Source: a virus
IMG/VR virus record: IMGVR_UViG_3300037840_000148
Span: 1-64,000 of that record
Reading direction: 5' to 3' (one strand)
Length of the DNA stretch: 64,000 bases
The notes below the pieces were generated by a model. The model worked only from the letters and a program-made list of their open reading frames with translations. It did not search any database and was not told where the DNA came from. Positions 16,019-27,400 of the stretch are shown here, one piece after another (the first letter of the stretch is position 1; each line of letters begins with the position of its first letter). The translations under genes were made by a program, and so were the position numbers.

Positions 16019-18028
16019 ATGAAAAGTTTGAGAGCCGCTGTACTTTCTTTAATTCTGCCGATTTTACTCCTAGCTGCACCTACCATTTTTGCACAAAACC
16101 CCACCCAACAAGTCTCAACAGGCACGATAACCGCTGTTAGTACTGGCTGCACGTTAGTCAATACTGCGGGCTGCGTAGTTCTTCCTCTCCCTAATAATAA
16201 TCGTATGGCTGTCGCTGTTACAGTCACGGGAACGTTCAGCGGGACTTTGAATTTCATTGGAACTAATGCCACGTTGCCTTTTGCTACTGCTTTGGCAATG
16301 ACTCCGTTGGCTGGTGGAAGCACGGTTATCACGGCGACTGTGGCAGGTACTTGGAATAACGCCAGCATTGGTGGTTTGACTATCGTCGGGGTATATGCAT
16401 CTGCACTGGCTTCAGGAACGCCGACAGTCACCATTACTTCTTCAACTACGTCCGGTTCTTCGACAGGTGGTGGTGCTCTGCAGTTTCAAAACGCCGGGGC
16501 CGGATTAGGGTCTGCTGGGACTTTTAATTGCAGCACGAATTTGACTTGCACTATCACTGGCGGCGTCTTAACTATTGTTTCTAGTAGTAGCGGCACCACG
16601 ACCAACCAGGTTCTTAACGGTGTGCCGGTTAATACGAACGGCACATCTACGGCTTTGAACTCTGTTGTTTGTACACCGCCCACGGCAAATGGCCAATATC
16701 CGTTTCTTTACAACATTACCGCGAGCGCGACAGCGCAGCCAACCTGCCCACTTCTCGGCCTCTCTGCGGATCAGGCGGCGGGAGCAGCGGTTCTTTATAG
16801 CGACAACGGAAGCGTCATGTACAATCCGGCGTCTGCGCTGTCCCTGCCGAACACGGCATCCCTCGGCAATCCGAATTTCTATACAGTATCGCAGCAAAAC
16901 GCAAATGCCGTAGTGGTGACGCCCGCGAGCCCATTTAATATCGCGCTGGATGGCGGTGCGGCTGGAACCAGCCAAGCCCCTGCTACACTGCCGTATCACA
17001 CGCGATGCGGCTGGATGATAGACCAAGTAGCTTCGACCCAATGGGACATCGACTGTTGGAACGTGTACGGCTTCTTTGGCGGGATAGCGGTTCCGACATC
17101 GGCAACTGGATTGGCAACAAATTCTTCAGGTGGTTTGGTTCAACAGACCGGAGCGAATATCAGTTCTATCGTTCAAGGCTTGACCGGCTGCAACACGGCA
17201 ACCTACACGTACACCCCGCAGGCGAATGATTGTGTAGCTCCATCTGGCGGCGCAGCGTTCTCTGCCATCACTGGAGGGACGAATACGACGGCGGCAATGG
17301 TTCTTGGCTCTGGATCATCGTTGGCATTGAGCGGGACTGGCGCTGTAAACTTGAGTGCAGGTGGCGTTGGTGGCCTCGTTCTTCCAGCGATCACCAGCAA
17401 CACCGGCGCAGTTACCGGAGAACTATACTCCTATACCACAGGCGGTAATACTTGCCTCTTGGCCCCTCAAACGGCGATTGGATTTTGGTGTCTAGCGGTT
17501 GTTGGTGGTTCTGGAAGCACGAACACTGTTTGCGTTAATCAAGTTATTACTGCGCTATATTCGTATGCATCACCGACCTGTACTTCTCTCAGCGATGTCC
17601 TGACTGTTGCCAATGCCTATACAAACGCAACTACTACACCATCTAGCGTTGTAGGGCTAACGGCGGCTCTTTCCGCGAATACAGCCTATGCGATTTCCTG
17701 TCATATCGTTTTTCAAGGTTCGGCAACGACAACCGGATTATTGCTGTCAAGCACAGGGCCAGCCTCGCCAACAAAAGTAACCGCCAGCCTTCGTGCAACG
17801 ACTACAACCGGAGCGGCGGCAGTAACGTGGGCTGGCGCTTCGGATGGAACGACATTTGCGTTTTCTCTGGGACCAACGACCTTAGTTACGACCGGAGCCG
17901 ATCTTGGCGCTGATTTGAATGTAGGAATAATCAATGGCACGAACGCCGGGACATTTCAATTGCAAGCAGCAGCAGCCGGGACTGGAACGGTAACTATTCA
18001 ACCGGGTAGCACATGCACAAAGGAATAA
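16019..18028 (+). CDS. Secreted fibre/adhesin-like protein
   Basis: Signal peptide ending IFA-Q; very Thr/Gly/Ser-rich with many Cys. Confidence 0.75.
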   Translation: MKSLRAAVLSLILPILLLAAPTIFAQNPTQQVSTGTITAVSTGCTLVNTAGCVVLPLPNNNRMAVAVTVTGTFSGTLNFIGTNATLPFATALAMTPLAGGSTVITATVAGTWNNASIGGLTIVGVYASALASGTPTVTITSSTTSGSSTGGGALQFQNAGAGLGSAGTFNCSTNLTCTITGGVLTIVSSSSGTTTNQVLNGVPVNTNGTSTALNSVVCTPPTANGQYPFLYNITASATAQPTCPLLGLSADQAAGAAVLYSDNGSVMYNPASALSLPNTASLGNPNFYTVSQQNANAVVVTPASPFNIALDGGAAGTSQAPATLPYHTRCGWMIDQVASTQWDIDCWNVYGFFGGIAVPTSATGLATNSSGGLVQQTGANISSIVQGLTGCNTATYTYTPQANDCVAPSGGAAFSAITGGTNTTAAMVLGSGSSLALSGTGAVNLSAGGVGGLVLPAITSNTGAVTGELYSYTTGGNTCLLAPQTAIGFWCLAVVGGSGSTNTVCVNQVITALYSYASPTCTSLSDVLTVANAYTNATTTPSSVVGLTAALSANTAYAISCHIVFQGSATTTGLLLSSTGPASPTKVTASLRATTTTGAAAVTWAGASDGTTFAFSLGPTTLVTTGADLGADLNVGIINGTNAGTFQLQAAAAGTGTVTIQPGSTCTKE

Positions 18029-21000
18029 AGTATATTTTTCTCCTGATTGTCTTACTGATCCCAAGCCATGCATGGGCGACCTTCAGTGTCGTGCAGTCCG
18101 TGTTTAACAATTCCTGCGGCGCTGTGACGAGTTGCAGCATCACGGTATCAGCGATTGGGGCCGGGCATCTTGGAGTTGTACTCATACACAATGGAAACAC
18201 GTCAACTCTTTCGAGTGTCACCGCAGCGGGAGAAACATTTTCCTTGCTCGTGGCCGGAGGAACAAGTTGCCACTTTCAAGGCGGCGGCAATACAACCGAC
18301 ATGGGATGCGCCTACACTCTCAAAACTGTTGGAGGCGCTATTACCGTCACCTGCAATTGGAGTGGGACGACGGGCGCATCGAACACAAGTTGTGGATTTT
18401 ATGAGATCGCCTACACCACGAATTGCGGGGCAGAGCCAAGTATATTCCTAGAAAGCAACGTCACCAATGGGCAGGACACTTCCGCATCCACGAATCTCCT
18501 GGGAGTTGACTTCACTGCAAGCTACCCGAAATTTATAAACGGATCAAACGATATAATCTTCCAGTTGACGAACGTCTCCACCGGAACAGTTTCATCCATA
18601 AACACATCGTTCGTGTTGGACAACAACACCGGGCAGGTAGCTGACGCGCATCGACTGAATACGTTCGACATGACTGTGCCGACTTGGACGAACAGCGTAT
18701 CCGCGACTGCACTAGTCTCGGCTATTTCGTTTGGCGAGAACTTCTGCTCGCCTCTGACGACATTCCCAAACTCTCCAACGGGACTGTCAGCTATATATTC
18801 AGGGGCGCAAGGTTCTAGCGGAACGCAAACGCTTGCTATCACCTCCGCTGGCCTGTTCGAGTTGGTGTTCGACAACGCGGACAATTGGGGAATCGACGGA
18901 TGGTACGATCTCGTCAATGATCCTACACTGACTACGAACCTTCTCAGTCCGGCCTGTCCGGTTGGAACTGGAAATGCCTGCACCCTGCCTGGGAGCTTGA
19001 ATTCCGCAGAGCCGGGGCTGTTTCAGCGAACTTATTATGACTTTGGTGATGTGAAGCAGTATGGGAAACCATCCCATGCTTATTTCCCCAATATGTCGCG
19101 CTCATTGAATGTGCTCGAATACAACCCCAGCCGGATAGTGGTTGAAACCAAGTCGATGCCCGCAGCCACAGCATCCACGATATTCAACAATCTAACAGGA
19201 ACGACACGGTATTACATCTATCCGAACGGGCAGATTTACGTTCACCACGTAGCCACCGTAACGAACGCTGCCACGATAGCCACAACCGGAACGCCAATTT
19301 TCAGCGATGTCACTCTGGAAGACCCTACTCAATTGGGAACCACGCCGCCAGATTCGATTGGCTGGATACGTGCAACAGCAAGCGGCAATCCTTGGAGCGG
19401 AAGTGGACCTGTTGACCCCTATATCTTTGCCTATTGGGGACCGGGAACGACTGGGACATATCAGTTTTACACGAAGGCCAGCATCATGCTCGTTCGTAGT
19501 CCAAACAATCTCTACGATAATTCGCAAATCATCCATAGCTGGCAGTCGGGAACTGGATACGGTGTAGTGCGCTGGGGATGGAGTACAAATAACGCAATCA
19601 TCGCATTAGGGGCTGGCGGAACTGAAACCGAGGACATGCTGATCCAGCTTGGCACACAAGGTAGCACGGTGCTTCCCAACATCACATCGAGCACAGTGGC
19701 GGGACCAATCGCAACGGCCTACATCAATAATCCAACTCCGCCTCCAGTTCAAGACGTGTCACCGTCAGTGAATGTAAATACCACTTCTCAATTCACGACG
19801 AATGATTCTGGCGGTACGTACGCCTGTGCAAACACATCCAACGGCGGGACTTGTCTAGGCAGCGTCAACTCCAGCACGGGACTCTATACAGCTCCAGCAA
19901 GTTTGATCGCTCCGCAATCGCTCGGCGGGTATCCATTGCGGCCCAATGATGATGTATTCAATGTGAACATTTCAGGGCTGTCTGCGGCATCAAATTCGGC
20001 GACGATTATGGCGGCGGTAGGAAGCGTACCTGTAAACTTTTTGCCATCATTTCCAATCAACTACGTCACTCCATCGACCACCACAACCTCAATGGTGTTC
20101 AAGAGCACGCCAAATAATAATGGGACTTTCCAGACTCCAGTATGGCCTCTAGCAAACGTGGAAAACGGTTGGTGGGATTCGCTCGTGGGAAACACTACGA
20201 GCGACCATCACATCCGAATGATTGATACGACCACCGGGAACTTAACCGAGATTTATCAGTGGTTCGCGCAGGCTCCCGTACCAAGCTGCACGGTCAATGG
20301 ATCGAATTCAGCAACCTGTACGATCACCTCTACAAATACCTCGGCTGGATTCGTGCGGGCGGCTGCGCTTGGAAAGTCGGTTTTGCTGACAGGATGGACG
20401 AGCGGTGATACCTACCTTAACGGTACATTCACGCTAACTTCCGCAACTTCTACATCGATCACATTCAATATTTCGCATGCGACGGCATCAACGACCACGA
20501 GCGGTTCTGCTTCGCTCATAACGTCTTGCGTGTTGGCGACCTGCAACGCGGTCTCTGGAATGCAATATCTCAACACTGACTACGGATTGCCTGTTAATGG
20601 CTCTGTTGACGCTGCCGGTCTTCCACTTTCTCCACTTACCTTAAATGCCCAGGAAGTAGTGAATGCGGTAGCGAACGGCACGGCCATTACTCACGCGCTA
20701 CGAATGACACTCCAAAATGGATTCATCTGCGGGTCAAGCACGGCTAGCGCGTGTCCTGTGGGCTCCGTGAGTAATGCCGCAGGTACAAGACATATCTGGC
20801 CCGCGACATCGGAAGCCTTCGCTGGCGGTGGTATCGTTCCCTATGGTACGAGATTCCGCCTGAAATCGGCTTTCAACATCTCTAGTTTCTCTGCGGGCGC
20901 ACAAGTCCTATTAACGCAAATGAAAAATTATGGTCTCATCCTCGCTGACGGTGGAGGGGGATGGCAAATCACTTCTGACTTCGACAACCTTCCCGCTTCA

Positions 21001-21984
21001 GCCGCCGCCGTGATGCAAGAAATCAACAATGCCAATATCGCCACGTCAAATTGGGAAGTCGTGGACGAATCGAGTTTGATGGAGACGACGCTATCCGGCG
21101 CAACAACAACCGGGGAGATTGTCACCTACACACAATCAAGCGGATCGGCCAGCGCGAATGTCGGTTTGATGGGCACGGCGGTAAATGTTGGAACGCAGCA
21201 GTTTTACATAATGGCAGGGACTCCAGCGCAGCAGCTTCCTTATTATTCAAATGGCGCGGTGACCTGCACGATGTCTCCTACGGTCGGCTCGATCACATCT
21301 GGATGTCTCTACACGCCCCCTGGATCGGAAGCGTCCGTTACAACTACCACGGTGACGGTGACCAGCAACGCAAACGGCTCGGTAAAGGCCCAGATGACGG
21401 TATACGTGACCCCAGCGGTAATTCGGCTTCTGCAAGCTACCTCTGACTACACAGACTCTTTGACCCACGTTTGGTACAGCAGTAATCACTATGGCGTCGG
21501 CATGTCGAATGTCCCTTCGTGGCCGGGATGCTGCAATAACAATTCCTCGATCACTGGAACTGACAAGCAACTATTTTGGAATCACCTTTTGAATACGGCT
21601 GGTACACGAAACGATTACAAGATGGACATTCACCTCCCAAACGGTGTTTATCAGATCGTGTTCAATAACGGTACTTATCTTACGCTTGGGCAAGATGTTC
21701 GCAATTTCTATGTGCAAGGGGCACTGGCGGCAACCATAGATTCAGTGGCCGTCGCGGGAACTAACGCACAGTGGTTTCAGACATTCAGCGCTACCGTAAT
21801 CAACAACGTGCTATCGTTTTACAACACAGGAATTGGCCAGCAGGCCAAGGATAGTGGGGACGTTTCTTCAATTTCCATTAGTCAGACATCCTCGAACATT
21901 CCAACAGCCCCAATCAAGGCAGGCGTGCTCTTATCGGAGAAACAAGCACCAGATAATTGGATATTGACACAATCAGGAAATTAA
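18013..21984 (+). CDS. Secreted multi-domain adhesin-like protein (Ig-like repeats, C-terminal malectin-like domain)
   Basis: Signal peptide ending AWA-T; GS....GLYTAP Ig-like repeats; YTDS...W..., LPNG.Y.I.F, R.F.VQG C-terminal pattern. Confidence 0.72.
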   Translation: MHKGIKYIFLLIVLLIPSHAWATFSVVQSVFNNSCGAVTSCSITVSAIGAGHLGVVLIHNGNTSTLSSVTAAGETFSLLVAGGTSCHFQGGGNTTDMGCAYTLKTVGGAITVTCNWSGTTGASNTSCGFYEIAYTTNCGAEPSIFLESNVTNGQDTSASTNLLGVDFTASYPKFINGSNDIIFQLTNVSTGTVSSINTSFVLDNNTGQVADAHRLNTFDMTVPTWTNSVSATALVSAISFGENFCSPLTTFPNSPTGLSAIYSGAQGSSGTQTLAITSAGLFELVFDNADNWGIDGWYDLVNDPTLTTNLLSPACPVGTGNACTLPGSLNSAEPGLFQRTYYDFGDVKQYGKPSHAYFPNMSRSLNVLEYNPSRIVVETKSMPAATASTIFNNLTGTTRYYIYPNGQIYVHHVATVTNAATIATTGTPIFSDVTLEDPTQLGTTPPDSIGWIRATASGNPWSGSGPVDPYIFAYWGPGTTGTYQFYTKASIMLVRSPNNLYDNSQIIHSWQSGTGYGVVRWGWSTNNAIIALGAGGTETEDMLIQLGTQGSTVLPNITSSTVAGPIATAYINNPTPPPVQDVSPSVNVNTTSQFTTNDSGGTYACANTSNGGTCLGSVNSSTGLYTAPASLIAPQSLGGYPLRPNDDVFNVNISGLSAASNSATIMAAVGSVPVNFLPSFPINYVTPSTTTTSMVFKSTPNNNGTFQTPVWPLANVENGWWDSLVGNTTSDHHIRMIDTTTGNLTEIYQWFAQAPVPSCTVNGSNSATCTITSTNTSAGFVRAAALGKSVLLTGWTSGDTYLNGTFTLTSATSTSITFNISHATASTTTSGSASLITSCVLATCNAVSGMQYLNTDYGLPVNGSVDAAGLPLSPLTLNAQEVVNAVANGTAITHALRMTLQNGFICGSSTASACPVGSVSNAAGTRHIWPATSEAFAGGGIVPYGTRFRLKSAFNISSFSAGAQVLLTQMKNYGLILADGGGGWQITSDFDNLPASAAAVMQEINNANIATSNWEVVDESSLMETTLSGATTTGEIVTYTQSSGSASANVGLMGTAVNVGTQQFYIMAGTPAQQLPYYSNGAVTCTMSPTVGSITSGCLYTPPGSEASVTTTTVTVTSNANGSVKAQMTVYVTPAVIRLLQATSDYTDSLTHVWYSSNHYGVGMSNVPSWPGCCNNNSSITGTDKQLFWNHLLNTAGTRNDYKMDIHLPNGVYQIVFNNGTYLTLGQDVRNFYVQGALAATIDSVAVAGTNAQWFQTFSATVINNVLSFYNTGIGQQAKDSGDVSSISISQTSSNIPTAPIKAGVLLSEKQAPDNWILTQSGN

Positions 21985-21999
21985 ATAACCAGGAGAAAC

Positions 22000-22374
22000 A
22001 TGAAAAAATTCTTAGCAGCATTTCTATTCGTCGCTTTTTCAGCCGTCGCAGCATCTGCGCAATCGGCAATTCCGCCTGCCGGAACCCCGCACAACGTCCA
22101 AGCTACATGGACAGCCCCGACAACACCGGGTGGCTCAGGAGTAATTGCAGGATACAACATCTATCGAGCGGGTGTTTCTTACACGAAGATTAATACCGCG
22201 TTGAATACCACGACGTCTTTTGTAGACACGACGGTAGTTTCCGGCGCGACGTATAGCTATTGTGTCACGACCGTTGACTCAAAGAATGAAGAGTCCGCGT
22301 GTTCGCTTCCGGCATCGACGACAATTCCGGCCAACCCGAATGGGCCTACAACTATTATCATCGTAACTCAGTAA
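22000..22374 (+). CDS. Secreted single fibronectin type III domain protein
   Basis: Signal peptide ending ASA-Q; V..TW.AP, GYNIYR, F.DTTV..G.TY.Y.V..VD...ES..S. Confidence 0.85.
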   Translation: MKKFLAAFLFVAFSAVAASAQSAIPPAGTPHNVQATWTAPTTPGGSGVIAGYNIYRAGVSYTKINTALNTTTSFVDTTVVSGATYSYCVTTVDSKNEESACSLPASTTIPANPNGPTTIIIVTQ

Positions 22375-22381
22375 GGATCAA

Positions 22382-23461
22382 ATGGCAAATTCGCAAAGCA
22401 CGGTCACGCTCCAGCAGGAATGTGACATACTCCAAGGATATGGGGACCTGGAGCCGATTCTAAATGTTGCGGGACAAACTTCGACTGCAGTTTTGACGGC
22501 CGCCAACAATGTAATGAGCGCCATACATGCGGTAGCATTCCCGCATAAATGGGCAGAGGCTAATGCTCCTCTTTTCTATACAAATTCTTTGCAGCAAGAT
22601 TATGCCGCGGTATATCCGAACGGCCAGTCGTTAACTAATTTGTCCTGGCTTGAACGTGGAATTTGTATTGATATAAACAATATTGCACAGCCAAAACCAT
22701 ATCGTTTGATTGAAACAGGCAGAGAGCTTAGTCAGGCAACCGGTAGTGTATTCGATGCTAGCAACAGTAATAGTCCGGCATTTCTAGTCAACTGGATTCC
22801 TAATAATGTTTTGTATTATGGAATATGGGGTCAAGCCAATACTGGAACATCGACCTTAGGAAATAATCCTGTCGCGGGCTCTGTTTATACGCCGCTTGTA
22901 TCGCTTGGTGGCAGCATGCCTTTGAATCCAATCATGCAGATCCAAGACGCTAACGGAAATCTGTTAGTGTTGACTGGGTTTGGGACCGAGGGTTCAGCGG
23001 CCCCAGTTCTTCCAGTCAATTCTACTCCCGGTACAACGGTTTCAGGAAGCGGGGCTACAACGGTGTGGACGGTTGTAGATCCTTATGGGGTCGGTTTTAG
23101 AATTCTTCCTGTTCCCGTGCAAAGTGGAGTTACGTGGCAGTTTAATCTTGTTTATCAAATGAAGCCAGTAAGGTTCACCAGTCTTGGTCAAACTCTCGCT
23201 CCATTTCCAGATGAATTTGAACCGCATTTTCAGATGGGCTTGATTGCGCAACTTTATCGTTTTTCTCCGATGAAAGCCGTGTACGAAAAATTTCCCGCAG
23301 CATGGCAATTGTGGTTGAAATCATTGCAAGAACTTCGGTCACGAGAAGATCGTGAAACTGAAGAAAATATTTTTGTCCCGGATCGGGGAATAATGGGAGG
23401 AACGGCTGGAAGAAATAAGTTTATGGGGCCAGCTTATCCGTTCAATTATCCGAGCAGATAA
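22382..23461 (+). CDS. Head-tail adaptor-like protein 1
   Basis: N-terminal AAN.V....PHKW and C-terminal PFPDEF...F helical motifs typical of adaptors; position. Confidence 0.6.
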   Translation: MANSQSTVTLQQECDILQGYGDLEPILNVAGQTSTAVLTAANNVMSAIHAVAFPHKWAEANAPLFYTNSLQQDYAAVYPNGQSLTNLSWLERGICIDINNIAQPKPYRLIETGRELSQATGSVFDASNSNSPAFLVNWIPNNVLYYGIWGQANTGTSTLGNNPVAGSVYTPLVSLGGSMPLNPIMQIQDANGNLLVLTGFGTEGSAAPVLPVNSTPGTTVSGSGATTVWTVVDPYGVGFRILPVPVQSGVTWQFNLVYQMKPVRFTSLGQTLAPFPDEFEPHFQMGLIAQLYRFSPMKAVYEKFPAAWQLWLKSLQELRSREDRETEENIFVPDRGIMGGTAGRNKFMGPAYPFNYPSR

Positions 23462-23502
23462 TCTTTATTATCAACAAGTTACAGACGTTTTAAGGAATAA
23501 AA

Positions 23503-24438
23503 TTGTCGAATACTATTTTTACAACAATTAATTTTGCCCAAGCCTTAATTAATTATGCTCCGTTGACTTATGGAATCGGGAGCGAGCCTGCGATCACGAT
23601 TGCTTCGATGATTCGTAACTCTTTTCTAAATAGCCCGTTAAGTTGGTCGTGGAACCGTTTTGAGGATAGTAGCACTACGATCACTTCGGCAAATACGGAT
23701 TATACAGTTAATTTAACAAATTTCGGTTGGCTTGAGCGCGTTGTATTAACGGACGGAAGCGGAAACACACAAGAAATTAAAGAGATTTATAACACGCTGT
23801 CCTTGGCAAAGAATAAAGTTTCGCAACGGCCTAGCGCTGTGTCTGTATTAATAAATACACCCGGCACGAGCGTAAAGATTCGTTTCAATTCTACGCCAGA
23901 TCAAAGCTACACAGCCACCTTAATTTACCAAGGTTTGGCGACTCAGTTCGGACCTTTTGTTATCAACTCATCGGCTAACGCGGCTGGTGGAAATACGGCA
24001 TATACCGGGATATTTACTCCGGCGTCATTTCCGACAGGGTCGACAGCCACAATCGCGGGATTCACGACCAACGCAGTTAATAACGGTACGTTTTTAGTTG
24101 TGTCTTGTACATCCACTATTTTGACGGTTGCAAATGCCTCGGGTATCGCCGAGACGCCCGCAAACGCCACAGCAATTAATGGGAGTTGGGCACCAATTCC
24201 TGATCAGTATAGTGATGTTTATACTTCACTCTTTTTATCTGAAGCGTTTCAGTCCGTTGGTTATGATGCCGAGGCGGCTAGATATCGTCAGCGCGGAGTC
24301 GCAGCAATGCTTGCGAAAGCCGAAGGCTTGACTCAAGCACAAATTAGCGCTTGGACTTTGCAGTGGTTACAGCGAGATACAATGGCTCAAGCCAGTCAGT
24401 TAAGAACTGCCCAAGGAAATCAGGCCCGCGGAATTTAA
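23503..24438 (+). CDS. Head-tail adaptor-like protein 2 with inserted beta domain
   Basis: PLSWSWN, RP......IR...TPDQ.Y, PIPDQY motifs; TTG start with AAGGA RBS. Confidence 0.6.
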   Translation: MSNTIFTTINFAQALINYAPLTYGIGSEPAITIASMIRNSFLNSPLSWSWNRFEDSSTTITSANTDYTVNLTNFGWLERVVLTDGSGNTQEIKEIYNTLSLAKNKVSQRPSAVSVLINTPGTSVKIRFNSTPDQSYTATLIYQGLATQFGPFVINSSANAAGGNTAYTGIFTPASFPTGSTATIAGFTTNAVNNGTFLVVSCTSTILTVANASGIAETPANATAINGSWAPIPDQYSDVYTSLFLSEAFQSVGYDAEAARYRQRGVAAMLAKAEGLTQAQISAWTLQWLQRDTMAQASQLRTAQGNQARGI

Positions 24439-24446
24439 GGATATAA

Positions 24447-27400
24447 ATGGATTTACTAGCAGGAGCAGGCGCAAGGTCAATCAAGGAAATTCCTTTTGCG
24501 CCGTTATTCATAGAAGATTTATGGCCTGGTTTGTATACAAACCGTTCTGCGCTCCATGACCCTAGCGGTCTTTATGAGCGTCGATACATGGGCGGCAGGC
24601 CCGGTAGCTTGATTGGCGGTCAGAATGTCGAGATTACAGTCCGGAATACAATCGGCCGCCGTTTTGGTTTAACGCCGTTTTCAATCGGGACATATCCTAC
24701 TCAACCAATCAGGGCTTTTTCATTCGAAGACGTTACCGGTTTAATCAGAGTCTTGATTGATACCGGAACGACCGGTTTGCTGACAGTTACTTCGGCAGCC
24801 AATGCTAGTGGCATCACGACCGTTTATACCGGAGTATTTCCGGCCGGTGCTGTAAATGCCTACGCCGGGATGTATTTTCAGATTCAAGGCTTCACAACGA
24901 ACGCATCAAATAACGGCGTATTTCTATGCACGGCATCAACCGCAACAACGTTGACTTTACAGAATCCGCAAGGCATCGCGGAAACTAACCCGGCGCAGGC
25001 AATTTCTTCCGGCGCGGTCTACTATGATCCACAAATTGGTGTGCCTTTGCTTTTGAAAGGCAAGCAACCGAATGCCCAACAGTCTTATTTTGTCGCTGTC
25101 GCCGGGATTTGTTATGTCGGTGACGGTGTCGAGACGTGGACTTATGTCCCGTATAATGTCAATGGGACCGTCTGGAATTGGGGAATTCAACCACCGACAT
25201 CCGCGCCGAGCGTGAACGTAGTACAGAGCGGTTCGGCGTCCGTTTTGTGGACCGCTAGTACAGTCTGGTCGACGATGGGCTTGATTTATGACTCAGCCAG
25301 CGGGACTATCCTGCAGCTACACTCCGTTAACGCCAGCAACGCCAACACGACACAATTTGGTTCAACAGGACCGGGTGTTCCTACCGGCGGATGGAATACG
25401 TCCTTTAATGGCACGACGACTGACGGTTCAGTAACGTGGCAAAATAACGGAATCATAACTTCATGGTCGGCAAATACTAGGTTTGCCAGCGTGTTCGCTG
25501 CGTATAATAATCTTCCGGAAGTCATCTACGACCCAGTTACAAAAGCCATCTACGTTAATGTCTCGACAGCAACTGTCGGCGGTTATACCGGTTATTACAC
25601 AGGTAGCCAGGTACCGAATTTTAAAGCCGGTAACGGCCAGACGACGGTAGATAATCAATGCTTGTGGCAATATGTTGGAACGCCTGGTGTACTGCCGACA
25701 TGGGCTGCCTCGACTACATACCCGACATTTTTAGTTAGCCGCGGTAATCCTCCGGTAGGCAATTATCAAGCAGCGACAGTCACGGAGCCTTTGAGTTTAT
25801 TGTTCGGTTTGCCGACTAGTCAGCCGGTTTATTGGCAAGTTGTTAAGGTCGGTGGAACGTCGGGCTCATCGGGCGTTGCGCCGTTTGGTTCGACGGTTGT
25901 TCTGGCTGGATCGATTATCGGTGATAACGGCGATACACTTTGGCTATCACTGGGCTCAGGAACATGGGCCGCAACAACCGGTTATAGCGGTTGGACTGCG
26001 CCCGGGTCGATATTTAGTGCATTGAAAGATTCCAACGGAAATTTTCAAGTCTGTACTACAACTGGCGTGAGTGGCGGGACTCAACCAACGTGGGGTTCGA
26101 CATACGGAGCCACAACGACAGACGGCACGGTTGTATGGACATGCGTCGGGACATCAATGGGCTGGACATCAAATACCAAATGGTATCTTCCGTCGACCGG
26201 TTTCTATCCTCCGCAGACAAGTGGGACTAGCAGTGCGTCATACGGCGGGGCATCAATCATAGATTCCAACGGCGATATCGAGTTTATTATCAATAGCGGT
26301 TTAGGCGGCGCAAGTCACCCGACATGGAATTCAGTCGGTGGATACACGGCAGATTCTGGAACGGCGTTGGTTTTAACGCAAGTCACGGTCGGCGCGACCA
26401 CCGCGACGTATACAGGGACAATCACGGGCGGCGCTGCGAACGGCTTGGTAGGTAAGACGTTTCTTATCGGCGGATTTACTAACGCTGGAAATAACGCCCT
26501 GATTAATGTCACGGCGTCAACCGGCTCAACTTTGGTGTGTTCTTTGACAAGTCAGGTTAATGAAACGAATCCCGGAACTGCGCATCAAAACGCAATTTGG
26601 TATAATCTTGAGGTTAAACCTGCCCAATCCTTGGGTTGGACGAAAGGCTATTCTTACGCATATTCATATAAATCCCGTAATCTTCTGGATTTTTATTCTG
26701 TTCCGTCCGGTAGTCCGTTAGCTATCCCGACACCCCCGGGTCAATCAAGCCCATTACCAGCGCCGACCGGTAGTTTGTTAGGCGCGGTATCGACGGCTTC
26801 ACCGGCATTTACAGTTACGGGTGGAAACGCCGGTGCCGTAAATACGGTTTCAGGACTCGGTTCGACCGATCCGCAAGTCGACACTATTGTAATTTGGCGA
26901 AGCGCTGACGGCGGCGGTTCAAGCAATATGTTTGAACTGACGGAAATTCCTGCGCCACAACCAGTCAACGGTGTCGCCCGTCCGTGGTCGTTTCAAGATT
27001 TCCTGCCGGATTTACCGACATCCGTATTCCCTGGTTTGAACGAGCTTATTTCTGCGCCAATCGATGAAGTCAATAATCCGCCGCTCGCGACATTTCTCCC
27101 GATGGAGTATAATTTCGAACGTATCTGGGGTGCAACAGGACAACAGGTGTTGTTTTCTGGTGGTCCGGATACTTTGGTAGGTAATCCACAAGCGGCTTTT
27201 AATCCTGCAGACGAGTTTCCATTTTTGTCGAATGTCTTAAGGATTGTCAAGACGACACAAGGTTCGGTTGTATATACAGCCAACAGCCTAGAAATTATTC
27301 TCGGCGGTCCTGCTACGGCTAGTTTTTTCAGTGTTACTTTAGCTCCGGGTATCGGTCTAGGCAACTATAACGCTCTTGATGTCTATATGGGTGAGCAGTT

